A stretch of 64,000 nucleotides of DNA from Vulcanimicrobiota bacterium (GTDB taxonomy: Bacteria; Vulcanimicrobiota; Xenobia; Xenobiales; JADMJV01). Location of the stretch: contig JBFWNU010000001.1 of assembly GCA_050250895.1 (NCBI GenBank), positions 1,256,008 through 1,320,007 of the forward strand, written 5' to 3'. This document shows, piece after piece, positions 9,564 through 18,461 of this stretch. The position numbers were made by a program, and so were the translations under genes. The notes under the pieces are model-generated. The model was not told where the DNA came from, ran no database searches, and saw nothing but the letters and a program-made list of their open reading frames with translations. The first letter of the stretch is position 1. Each line of letters begins with the position of its first letter.

Positions 9564-10433
9564 CTATCCCCAGAGGGCCTCGCGCAGCAGTCGATAGCGG
9601 GGGGTCGACTGCAGGCTGGTTTGGCTGGCGGTGCGCAAAAGCGGCGCCAGGGTCAGGTGCTCGTGGCCATCGATGTGGCCTTCGGAAAGGCGCGAAAACA
9701 ACCCGGCGAATTCGTCGCGCCTGGCGAATTGGGGCCCGGCCGAGCCGTCGAAATAGAGGGTTCCGCCCTTTTGGGCAAACGAAGTGATCGCCTCGACGAC
9801 GTACTGATAGCCATCCACCACCTGCTGCAAGTTACGGCTCTGCGATAGGCCGTGCAGGTCGCGCTCGAGTTCTTCCAGCACATTCCAGAAGTGGAAAGCC
9901 TCGTCAAAGTTCAGGTGGCGCGACCTTACGCCAACATAGAAGCTGCGAAAGGCCTGCTCGCGCAGCGCGATGGGTGAGGCCGAGGTGGGAAAGCCGTCGA
10001 CCATCTGTTGCATTCTCTGGTGAACCTCTTTGGCGGTTTCGGCCGCCATGGCGTTGAGGTCCGACGCTTCACTCTGGCCGCAGGCTCGGGCCACCGTTTT
10101 GAGCAGCGTGCGCGTGTCGAAAGGCTTGTGGAGATAGTCATAGGCGAGTTTGGTCGCCTTTACCGGAGCGTCGGTGTTGGCGAAGCCCGTCATCACCACA
10201 CACTTGAGCCCCTCTTGCAGCCTTTGCAGTTCGGCTACCGTGTCCAGGCCGTCACGACCGGGCATTCTGACGTCGGTCAGAACCAGGTCGACATCGAAGG
10301 GGCGTTTCTGCATCCACTCGAGGGCCTCTTCGCCGCTGGCCACCCCGTGCACTTCGTAGCCGTTCTCCTCGAGAATCTCGAGCAGCATCTCTTGAAGCTG
10401 GAATTCATCCTCGATGATCAAGATTCGGGGCAT
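9564..10433 (-). CDS. Response regulator (REC plus unknown output domain)
   Basis: ILIIEDE, LTDVRMPG, MTGFA, KPF. Confidence 0.88.
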   Translation of the reverse strand: MPRILIIEDEFQLQEMLLEILEENGYEVHGVASGEEALEWMQKRPFDVDLVLTDVRMPGRDGLDTVAELQRLQEGLKCVVMTGFANTDAPVKATKLAYDYLHKPFDTRTLLKTVARACGQSEASDLNAMAAETAKEVHQRMQQMVDGFPTSASPIALREQAFRSFYVGVRSRHLNFDEAFHFWNVLEELERDLHGLSQSRNLQQVVDGYQYVVEAITSFAQKGGTLYFDGSAGPQFARRDEFAGLFSRLSEGHIDGHEHLTLAPLLRTASQTSLQSTPRYRLLREALWG

Positions 10434-10478
10434 CAGGACGTCTTCGGTGGCCGAGGCGAGGCCTCCCGCCGGAGCCCG

Positions 10479-11753
10479 TTAGCGGCGTTCGGCGGGCATA
10501 AGGCGGGCGTAGGCCTCGAGCAGCTTCTGCCCCTCATGCTCCCAGTGGTAGGTCTCTGCGGCCAGGCGCCGGGCTCGAGCGCCCATCGCCTGGCGTCGCG
10601 CCGGATCGGCCAACTCGAGCAGGGCGCGGGCGATGTCGCCGGGCGAGTAGGGGTCAAACAATACACCCAGGTCATTCTCGGCCAAGAATTTTCGCATCTC
10701 CGGAATGTCGGACCCGGCCATGGGTAGGCCTGCCATCATGTACTCGAAGAGCTTGTTGGGGGTGGAGTAGTAGTGGTTGAGGCAGGTTGGCAGAAAAGGG
10801 ATCAGGCCGATATCGCCTTCGCTGGCGGCGGCCACGATATCGGCCGACGGGACGGCTTCGAGAAAGGTCACGCGCTCGGCCCCCGGCATGGCTCGCAGTG
10901 AGGCCTCTTCGTGGCCAAACCCGCGTAGGGCGATGGCCACCTGGTCCTGGTGGGCAGCCGAAGCGATCACTTGCTCGAGGCCACGGTCGGGAGCGTAGGC
11001 TCCCTGGTAGAGGGCCACCGGCTTGCCCAGCCGCGCGGCCAGGTGGCCGCGCCGGCCCGGGTCAGGGGTGACCAGCGTCTGGCAGTTGTGCAAGGCCAGG
11101 ACCGAGGATAGCGAGTAGCGTGATTCGAGTTCGTCGGCCAGCGGCTGGTTGATGGTCAAGACCCGGTCGACCTCGAGCAGCAGTTCGGCCTCCAGCAGGT
11201 TCCAATAGGCCACCGCTTCGATCGTGTTGATAAAGGGCTGTTCGCTCCACAGTTCGTGGGTGTCATAGATTAGCGGGCAGCCCAGAGCCCTTTTCACCAG
11301 CACTCCCGCTTCGAGAGCGTCGAGATCGTGGCTTTGCACGAGGTCGGGACGCCAGGCGGTGGCCTTGTCGGCCCATACCCGGTTGATGCGCTTGATGTAG
11401 TCGCGGTGTTCCTGGGCTTGAGGGGTCTCGTGACCGAGCTGGCGCTGGGGTGGCACACAAGGACGAACCGGCTCGCGGTCGGGCGGAAGGGTCAGCGCCC
11501 GGGCCGGCGCCGCCTCGGACGGACGGGGCTTTCTCAAGCGCGCTAGTTGATCGTCGAAAAAGCGCGTCATCGACGAGCGCTGGTCCTCCCGCACCAGTTC
11601 GTAGTGATCGCGCTGCTCGCGTTGGGGCAGGCCCGGTTCGAGAAAGCAATAGACCCTGACCTGATAGCCGGCCCGACCTAGCAGGGTGGCCTGACGATGG
11701 ACTCTCAGGTCGTTGCGTCCGTCGTTGAAGACGAACATGGCGACCTTAGCCAC
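10479..11753 (-). CDS. Glycosyltransferase family 4
   Basis: DLRV, SHD, YDTHE, PNKLFEYMMAGLP; GTG start at 11753 overlaps asnB stop. Confidence 0.88.
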   Translation of the reverse strand: MAKVAMFVFNDGRNDLRVHRQATLLGRAGYQVRVYCFLEPGLPQREQRDHYELVREDQRSSMTRFFDDQLARLRKPRPSEAAPARALTLPPDREPVRPCVPPQRQLGHETPQAQEHRDYIKRINRVWADKATAWRPDLVQSHDLDALEAGVLVKRALGCPLIYDTHELWSEQPFINTIEAVAYWNLLEAELLLEVDRVLTINQPLADELESRYSLSSVLALHNCQTLVTPDPGRRGHLAARLGKPVALYQGAYAPDRGLEQVIASAAHQDQVAIALRGFGHEEASLRAMPGAERVTFLEAVPSADIVAAASEGDIGLIPFLPTCLNHYYSTPNKLFEYMMAGLPMAGSDIPEMRKFLAENDLGVLFDPYSPGDIARALLELADPARRQAMGARARRLAAETYHWEHEGQKLLEAYARLMPAERR

Positions 11754-13716
11754 GCCGAAAGCCTTCGCCGTCAATGAACTCGCGCATCCAGTATTCGACG
11801 GCTAGAAAGCGCCACAGCTCCCATGAGCGGTCTTCTCCGGCCAGATGGCGGTCGAGAACCTTCAGACATTCGGCCGGATTGAGCAGGTTGCGTCCCGCGA
11901 AGCTCGGTGAAGAGAGGGTCTCGCGCACCCAGTCGGACAGCGGTCCCCGGAACCAGTGCGAGGCCGGGGTGGGATAGCCCATCTTGTCGCGGCGCTGCAT
12001 GACCGCGGGCGGCAGATAACCGTCCATGGCTCGGCGCAACAACACCTTGGTGTGAGGCGGCGCGATTTTGTGTTCGAAGGGCTGCATAAAGCAAAACTCG
12101 ACCAGGCGGTGGTCGAGGAAAGGCACCCGGGCCTCGAGCGAGAAGGCCATCGAGTTACGGTCTTCGTAGCGCAGCAAAGCGGGAATCGAGTGCTGAGTCA
12201 GGTCATTGTAGAGTTTCTGGTTGAGCACCTCGCTGTAGGTCACCTCGGGACTGCTGCGGCGCTGGTCGAAGCGACGCGCGGCCGCGGCCAGTTCGGCGTG
12301 GACCGTCTTGGGAGGCTTGACCACACCCGGGCGCTCTTTGTTGAACAGTTTCAGGATGCGGGGCCGACGGGCCCGGCGCAGGGCCCGACTGGCCACCTCC
12401 TCGTGAGGGCGGCCGGTGAGCGCCTCGATGGCCTCGACCTCGACCCACAGCTTGCTCTCGCCCTCGCGGCCCAGCTTGTTGGCCAGGGTGGTCAAGTAGT
12501 CGTTGAAATAGTGATGATAGCCAGCCAGCAGTTCATCGCCGCCCTGGCCGTCAAGCAGGACCGTGACCTGTCCGTGGGCCGCCTCCATGACCTTCCACTG
12601 TGAGTAGAGGCCAGGGCCGGCGGTCGGCTCGTCTTGATGCCAGCACAGCCGGGCGAAGATCTCCGGCAGTTCGGCCGCGGTGGGCTCGACCGTAGTCGCC
12701 ACCGTCGAGCAACCGGCCACAACCCGGTCGATAAAGGGCTTTTCGTTGCAATCTGCCTGCGGATAGACGCTCGAGAAGGTGCGCATCGGCTCATCGATCA
12801 GCTGGCTGGCCAGACACACGATTGAACTCGAGTCGAGCCCTCCCGAAAGACAGGTTCCCACCGGCACGTCCGAGCGAAGACGCAGGCGAACCGCGTCCGC
12901 CAGCAGGTTGCGAAAGGCCTCGGCGGCTTCGTCCAGCCGTGGGGTCGACTCGAGATAGTCAGCCGGGGCAGTTTCAAAGCGAGGTGACAGCGGCACGGGG
13001 TTTTCGACCCATTGGCGGACCCGCAAAGCTGCCAGGTCGGGGTCGATGAGGTCCTCGAGACGCCAGTAGCGGTCCATCCGCAGCGAGCTGTCGGTGACCA
13101 CCAGACGATGGGCGGCCGGCAGCACCTGCACCCGTTCGAAGAACGTTTCGGGTTCGTCATCCAGCAGGCCTTCCCCCAGAAAGCGAATGAAGGTGCGCGG
13201 ATTGAGTCCGCGCGAGTCGGGGTCGACCAGAAGCGCCTTGGGTTCAGAGGCAAAGGCGAAGAGCTGTTGGTGATCGCTAAAGTAGAATGGCTTGATGCCG
13301 AGGCGATCGCGGGCGCAGAAGAGACGTCGGCGAGTCGGGTCCCAGATGGCGAAGCTGAACATGCCGTTGAAACGCAGCACGCAATCTTCGTTCCACTCGC
13401 GATAGGCCTTGAGCAACACTTCGCTGTCGGTGTCGGAAAGGAAGCGGTGGCCCCGGCTCTCGAGTTCGGCCCGCAACTCTTTGTAGTTATAGATTTCGCC
13501 GTTATAGACCAGCAAATTGCCGTCGTTCATCGGCTGGCGGCCGCGCTCGGAAAGGTCGATAATCGAGAGGCGCCGGTGGGCCAGGCCGACCGGGCCTTCC
13601 ACCCAGACATCCCAGTCATCGGGCCCGCGATGGGCCAGCAAGGTGGCCATGCGTTTGACCGCCTCGAGCGAGACGGCCCGGCCGCCCCGATGGAACTGTC
13701 CGGCGATTCCGCACAT
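11746..13716 (-). CDS. asnB: Asparagine synthase (glutamine-hydrolysing)-family amidotransferase, copy 2
   Basis: MCGIAG, HRGPD, YNGEIYN, LSGGLDSS, GQGGDE, EARVPFLD. Confidence 0.92.
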   Translation of the reverse strand: MCGIAGQFHRGGRAVSLEAVKRMATLLAHRGPDDWDVWVEGPVGLAHRRLSIIDLSERGRQPMNDGNLLVYNGEIYNYKELRAELESRGHRFLSDTDSEVLLKAYREWNEDCVLRFNGMFSFAIWDPTRRRLFCARDRLGIKPFYFSDHQQLFAFASEPKALLVDPDSRGLNPRTFIRFLGEGLLDDEPETFFERVQVLPAAHRLVVTDSSLRMDRYWRLEDLIDPDLAALRVRQWVENPVPLSPRFETAPADYLESTPRLDEAAEAFRNLLADAVRLRLRSDVPVGTCLSGGLDSSSIVCLASQLIDEPMRTFSSVYPQADCNEKPFIDRVVAGCSTVATTVEPTAAELPEIFARLCWHQDEPTAGPGLYSQWKVMEAAHGQVTVLLDGQGGDELLAGYHHYFNDYLTTLANKLGREGESKLWVEVEAIEALTGRPHEEVASRALRRARRPRILKLFNKERPGVVKPPKTVHAELAAAARRFDQRRSSPEVTYSEVLNQKLYNDLTQHSIPALLRYEDRNSMAFSLEARVPFLDHRLVEFCFMQPFEHKIAPPHTKVLLRRAMDGYLPPAVMQRRDKMGYPTPASHWFRGPLSDWVRETLSSPSFAGRNLLNPAECLKVLDRHLAGEDRSWELWRFLAVEYWMREFIDGEGFRRG

Positions 13717-13717
13717 G

Positions 13718-15703
13718 TCAGGCCAGGGCCGGCTTGGCCGCTCCCTCGCCGGGCACCAGCACCGAGACCGAGCCGATTTCGACCGATTTCAACTGCCCGT
13801 TCTTCGATTCCGAGACGACCAGCTTGGCGGCATCGCCCAGGGGCAGCGGTAGAACTTGCTCCATATAGATCTGATACCAGATCTGAAAGCAGAGCAGGCT
13901 GAGGACCTTGTTGGCCAGGTTCTGTTCGCCCGCCTTGAAGCGGGTCAAGAGCGAGTCGACCTCGATGGCCGAAAACAGACCGTGGGCTTCGAGGCGGGCC
14001 GGAGCCAGCGCTTCGCGGGCATAATCGAAGAGCCACGAGTTGAGCCACTGATTGACCGGCATCACGAAGCCTTCCTTGGGTCGGTCGATGGCGCTGGCCG
14101 GCAGGTGCTTGCGGGCCGCGCGCTTGAGCACCGACTTCACCTCGGTGCCGTGTATCTTGTATTTGCCGGGTACCCGGGCCGCGAACTCCATCACGGCGGT
14201 ATCCAGAAATCCGGTCCGGATTTCCAGGGAATGAGCCATGGAGAGCCGATCCACAAAGGCCAGCACCTGATCCGGCAACTGGGTCTCGAACTCGGCCTCG
14301 AGGATGCGGTTGGTGGGATCGCCCGCGGTCAGGTTGGCAAAGGTGCGCTTGAGATGATTGAGGGTCGAGTAGCCGTGCATCTCGTCGATCACCGCTCGCG
14401 AATAGAGGCGGGACTTGTCCTCGTCGTTGAAGACCAGCAGCTTGTAGCGCCACAACCAGTCGTGAGGAGCGGCCAACCGCTCGAGAAAATCGGGCTGGTC
14501 GGCGAAGTGCCCCAGGTCGGTAGGCTCGGTGCCGGCCTGGTGGGCTTGCCAGTAATCGGCCAGCGGTTTGGCCAGTCGGTGCGAGAGGTAGGAGCCGAAC
14601 AGCTCGTCGGCGCCGTCGCCCGAGAGGGCCACCTTGACGTGCTTGGAGATGAGGCGCGACAGAAAATAGGTCGAGATCACGCCCGAGAAAGGCTCGTCAA
14701 AGTGCGATAGCACAGCCGGCAACTCTTCTTTGAAGTGGGAGAAATCCATCAGCTCTTCGTGGTGGTCGGTGTCGTAGCGCTGGGCAATCTCACGGGCACA
14801 CTTGAGGTCGAGCTCTTTACCAGGGGTGCTCGAATCGGCCGTATACTTCAGGGTAAAGGTCTTGATCTGGTTGGGGCTGGCTTCGGCCGCCAGGGCGGTG
14901 GACAGGCTCGAGTCGACTCCGCCCGAGAGGAAGAAGCCGATGGGCACGTCCGAAACCAGGCGGCGCTTGACCCCGGCCGCCAGTCGCTCGAGCAGTTCGT
15001 CGGCCAGTTCTTGCTCGCTGGGATCGCCCTCGAAGGGCGTCCAGTCGAGTTTCCAATAGCGGTTGTGGGCGGTCACCTGGCCGTCTTTCCAGAGCAAGCG
15101 GTGGGCCGGTTGCAGCATCGAGATGCCCTGGAAGATGGTCAGAGGAGCGGGCACGTTCTTGTAGGACAGATAGTAGTGCAGGGCCTCGAGATTCAGGCGA
15201 CGCGGTAGCCCAGGGATCTGCAGAAGAGCTTTGATCTCGCTGGCGAACCACAAGCACCCCTCCCGCTGAGTATAATAGAGGGGCTTCTTGCCCGAACGGT
15301 CGCGCACCAACATGCCTGTCTGGTTGGTTTCATCCCACAGGCAGACGGCGAACATACCTTCCAGTTGCTTGGGAAAGTCGAATCCGTGCACCTGGTAGAG
15401 GTGCGGCAGCACCTCGGTGTCCGAACGGGTGGCGAAGACGTGACCTCCCTTTTCCAGCGCGTCGCGCCGTTCTTGAAAGTTGTAGATTTCGCCGTTTTGG
15501 GCGGCCCAGATGCGTCCGTTGTCGCAGGACAGGGGTTGGCGGCCGTGATCCAGGTCGATGATGGAAAGGCGACGCGCTCCCAGAGTGTAGCCATCGCCGT
15601 GGACTACGTGCTGGTCATCGGGTCCCCGATGGGCCATGACCCGGAGCATCCGAGAGACAATCTCTGGTGCGCTTGTTCCGAAGACTCCCGCGATACCGCA
15701 CAT
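13718..15703 (-). CDS. asnB: Asparagine synthase (glutamine-hydrolysing)-family amidotransferase, copy 1
   Basis: MCGIAG, HRGPD, NGEIYN, LSGGVDSS, SGDGADE, RPKEGF. Confidence 0.92.
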   Translation of the reverse strand: MCGIAGVFGTSAPEIVSRMLRVMAHRGPDDQHVVHGDGYTLGARRLSIIDLDHGRQPLSCDNGRIWAAQNGEIYNFQERRDALEKGGHVFATRSDTEVLPHLYQVHGFDFPKQLEGMFAVCLWDETNQTGMLVRDRSGKKPLYYTQREGCLWFASEIKALLQIPGLPRRLNLEALHYYLSYKNVPAPLTIFQGISMLQPAHRLLWKDGQVTAHNRYWKLDWTPFEGDPSEQELADELLERLAAGVKRRLVSDVPIGFFLSGGVDSSLSTALAAEASPNQIKTFTLKYTADSSTPGKELDLKCAREIAQRYDTDHHEELMDFSHFKEELPAVLSHFDEPFSGVISTYFLSRLISKHVKVALSGDGADELFGSYLSHRLAKPLADYWQAHQAGTEPTDLGHFADQPDFLERLAAPHDWLWRYKLLVFNDEDKSRLYSRAVIDEMHGYSTLNHLKRTFANLTAGDPTNRILEAEFETQLPDQVLAFVDRLSMAHSLEIRTGFLDTAVMEFAARVPGKYKIHGTEVKSVLKRAARKHLPASAIDRPKEGFVMPVNQWLNSWLFDYAREALAPARLEAHGLFSAIEVDSLLTRFKAGEQNLANKVLSLLCFQIWYQIYMEQVLPLPLGDAAKLVVSESKNGQLKSVEIGSVSVLVPGEGAAKPALA

Positions 15704-15773
15704 AAGTGAACACCAATCCTCGCGCCAGTATCCCCTCCCCTGCGCGTGAATTCCTTTTCACCGCAAAGGAATG

Positions 15774-15814
15774 TTATTAAACTACAGGACCCCGGGGGAG
15801 GGTCCGGGGTCCTG
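15774..15814 (-). terminator. GC-rich hairpin, probable intrinsic terminator/attenuator
   Basis: Perfect 11-bp stem 15785-15795/15804-15814, followed on minus strand by TAGTTTAATAA. Confidence 0.6.
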
Positions 15815-15870
15815 GGAGGCCAGAGGCCTCAAGTCGCGTTATGGTGGCTGTCGTCGCAGCCCCTTTGTTA
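15778..15870 (-). ncRNA. Candidate sigma-28-dependent small RNA or leader
   Basis: Between a sigma-28-like promoter and a terminator hairpin; three hairpins; no translatable ORF within the predicted transcript. Confidence 0.4.
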
Positions 15871-15876
15871 ATCTCA

Positions 15877-15903
15877 TTATCGGCCACTAGTGTCGCGAGT
15901 TCA
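15877..15903 (-). promoter_or_regulatory. Sigma-28 (FliA)-type promoter
   Basis: TGAA-N15-GCCGATAA versus consensus TAAA-N15-GCCGATAA; intergenic. Confidence 0.7.
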
Positions 15904-15966
15904 GCCGTCTTCGGGATGGACTCGGGGCATCCAAACGGCCTTCACTCCGGCAGTTGGCGATCGCGA

Positions 15967-16485
15967 TTAAGAACTGGGTTTGAAGGCGGCCATGCGGTAG
16001 ACGCCGCGGAATTGGCCTTCGAGAAAGAACTCGTCTTTGAGCAGGCCCTCTTCGCGAAAGCCCGCCTTTTCGAAGGCTTTCTTGGCCCGCGGGTTGAGGT
16101 CGATGACGTAGAGATAGACCTTGTGCAGGCCGAGGCGGCCGAAGGCGAAGTCGAGCAAGAGTTGGCAGGCCTCGGTGCCGTAGCCTCTTCCCTGAGCAGC
16201 TTCAGGCCCGAGCAAGATGCGCAGTTCGGCGTGGCGATGAATCCAGTGGATGCCCCAGAGCCAGACGTTGCCGATATAGGCTTTGCTCTCGTTGAGCTCG
16301 ATCGAAAAGGCAACGGCGTCGTGGCGCGAGATCATCGATTCGTACCAGCGGTCGTGTTCGGGCGGGCTGACCGGCAGGGCGCGTCCCAGCAGGGTCGAGT
16401 TGGCCGGATCGTTGACCCAGGCCAGATACTGCTGGCTGTCTTTGGGGGTGAAGGGCCTGAGGGTAACCTGTTTTCCGACGTACAT
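15967..16485 (-). CDS. RimJ/RimL-type GNAT N-acetyltransferase
   Basis: GRGYGTEA, LGLHKVYL, NPRA..AFEKAGFREEG. Confidence 0.88.
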   Translation of the reverse strand: MYVGKQVTLRPFTPKDSQQYLAWVNDPANSTLLGRALPVSPPEHDRWYESMISRHDAVAFSIELNESKAYIGNVWLWGIHWIHRHAELRILLGPEAAQGRGYGTEACQLLLDFAFGRLGLHKVYLYVIDLNPRAKKAFEKAGFREEGLLKDEFFLEGQFRGVYRMAAFKPSS

Positions 16486-16486
16486 G

Positions 16487-16954
16487 CTAGAACAGCTTCA
16501 ACAATCCAGAAGCCTTGTTGAGCACTTTCTTTTCGTTGAGGTACGACAGGCGCCGACGGGCTTCGCCCAGTTCGAACCAGCGCACCGAATCGGCCTCTTG
16601 ATCGCGAGGCTGGGCGTTCTCTTCGAGCAGTTCCAGTAAGAAGAAGGTGACCGTCTTGTGGTAGAACGTCTTGTTTTCCTTAAGAAAGAAGTAGTAGTGG
16701 ATTTCGTCGAGTTGCTCGCCCACGCGCACTTTGTGTCCGGTCTCTTCGAGGACCTCGCGATAGGCCGTTTCTTGCAGGGTCTCGCCTTCGTTGACCCGAC
16801 CCTTGGGAAAGGCCCAGACGGCGCCGTTGCGCTTCGAGAGCAGGCAGACCATGATGCGGTTTCCGGCCTTTTTAAAGACCACTCCCCCCGCCGAATGCTG
16901 CTGGGCCTCTCGGGTTCCCCGAAACGCCCTTCTCTTGCGTTCATTCGGGTTCAA
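16487..16954 (-). CDS. NUDIX hydrolase
   Basis: Nudix box GRVNEGETLQETAYREVLEETG. Confidence 0.9.
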   Translation of the reverse strand: MNPNERKRRAFRGTREAQQHSAGGVVFKKAGNRIMVCLLSKRNGAVWAFPKGRVNEGETLQETAYREVLEETGHKVRVGEQLDEIHYYFFLKENKTFYHKTVTFFLLELLEENAQPRDQEADSVRWFELGEARRRLSYLNEKKVLNKASGLLKLF

Positions 16955-18371
16955 AATTCAGGTCCTCGGTTTGTTCCTTCTCGAGCTTGACGTCTCGGGC
17001 CAGGTTGAGGTCGAAAAAGACCCAGCTTTGCCCCCCCCCGAGACCGTTGCGAGCGACCTGGAGGCGCGATACTCCTGGTACCACTTTGATGTCTCTAGCC
17101 TGCGGATCCTGCTGCATTTGAGTTTCGAATAACTTTACCAGGTTGCGAATCAGGTAGGGATGGAACTCGTACATCATCGGCACCACGAAGTCGACCTTCC
17201 AGTGTTGCCAATCCTGGCAGACGTAGTCATAGCCTGACAAACGGTACTGGGTGCCCATGTCGCGGTCGCGATAGTAGAGGGGCAGGACGGCCGCCGAGAG
17301 CTTCATGTGAGCGGGCAGCTGCTCGCGAAAGATGTCAACCAACTGTCGCAGCGACTCGCGTCGACGAGCCAGGATCTGATGGATCTCTTGGTAATTCTGA
17401 AGGCGCTGGGGATTGGTGGACTCGAAATATTGATAAGAACCGTCCTCGATGCCCAGGCGATCGGGAAATCCCTGGCCGTCGACGGGAAAGCGAATGTGAT
17501 CGAGGTGAATCCCGGCCAGGCCCGGATGGTTGTTGGCCAGGTTTTTGACCACGCGGGTCAGCTGGCGCCGCACCTCGGGGTGCTCAGGATTGACGTAGAT
17601 GGGGCGAAGTCGCTTGCCTCGCGGGGCCGGGAAGGGGTCCTCGGCAGTCTGATAGAGGAGGAAGTCGGGCGGTTCGGCACCGGCTCGCATGGCCTGGCGC
17701 AGCAGGATGCCGATGGGATGACCGTCGGCCTGCAGGCCGTGGTTGGCCAGGATCTGCTCGAGCTCGCGCCCCTCTGAGCTGGTGTCGAAGAGGCCAGCGG
17801 CATCACGCATGAGCGCCACCGTGTCGGGAGCGGCCCCGGGCTTGCCATCAAGCTTGTCGGCCTGAGTGCGCAGGTAGTCGGCCATGAGCTGATTCCACAA
17901 GCTGGGACCATTGTGCCACGGGTACATCACCTCGGTGTTATCCATCTTCCAATAGAAGGCATGGACCCAGGCGTGCACGTTGATGCCCTGAAGAGAGGCC
18001 TCTTCGATGAAGATCTGCAGCGGGTCGACCACCGTGTTGACCTCGATCTTGTAGTTCCACCACAGGTGAGGGTAGACGGGGATGCCGTGGTCGAGGCCGG
18101 TATACGGGATCACCCGGGCGTCGGTGCGATCGCGCTCGATCTCGGGGGCAATGGAGTAGCCTCTGAGAAAGCTCTCGAGGAAGATGTCGGTGATATTTTG
18201 GCGAGCGAGTTCTTCACAAGTATCTCGCGCTACCCGCCGGATCGTGGCTTCGTTATAGCGGCGGGTGCCGGGGAAAAACCAGTCGGGCGAAAGCCAGACC
18301 CCGGTGACATCGTCGGCCAGGGCGGGGGCCAGGGTCAAGAACAGTAGCAGGAGCGTGAAGAGGCGTTTCAT
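16941..18371 (-). CDS. Secreted glycoside hydrolase family 10-like (GHL10/DUF187) protein
   Basis: Signal peptide; GVWL, DPL, GINVHAW, NPEHPEVR, GIHLDHIRF, QDW, PMMY. Confidence 0.75.
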   Translation of the reverse strand: MKRLFTLLLLFLTLAPALADDVTGVWLSPDWFFPGTRRYNEATIRRVARDTCEELARQNITDIFLESFLRGYSIAPEIERDRTDARVIPYTGLDHGIPVYPHLWWNYKIEVNTVVDPLQIFIEEASLQGINVHAWVHAFYWKMDNTEVMYPWHNGPSLWNQLMADYLRTQADKLDGKPGAAPDTVALMRDAAGLFDTSSEGRELEQILANHGLQADGHPIGILLRQAMRAGAEPPDFLLYQTAEDPFPAPRGKRLRPIYVNPEHPEVRRQLTRVVKNLANNHPGLAGIHLDHIRFPVDGQGFPDRLGIEDGSYQYFESTNPQRLQNYQEIHQILARRRESLRQLVDIFREQLPAHMKLSAAVLPLYYRDRDMGTQYRLSGYDYVCQDWQHWKVDFVVPMMYEFHPYLIRNLVKLFETQMQQDPQARDIKVVPGVSRLQVARNGLGGGQSWVFFDLNLARDVKLEKEQTEDLNFEPE

Positions 18372-18461
18372 CAATGAATCCGGTTCAAGCGAGACCGGCT
18401 TGATCCTGCGGAACGAGTGCTCGTTCTAAACCGCCGCGCCCTCGCCAGGGTCGTGGGTCCT

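Noticed and set aside
11746-15703. AsnB homologues as lasso-peptide cyclases
   Set aside because: Both keep the Cys-initiated glutaminase domain; no B1/B2 proteins or precursor nearby
15838-15876. 12-aa leader peptide MRLTKGLRRQPP (minus strand)
   Set aside because: Its ATG overlaps the sigma-28 -10 element and has no RBS
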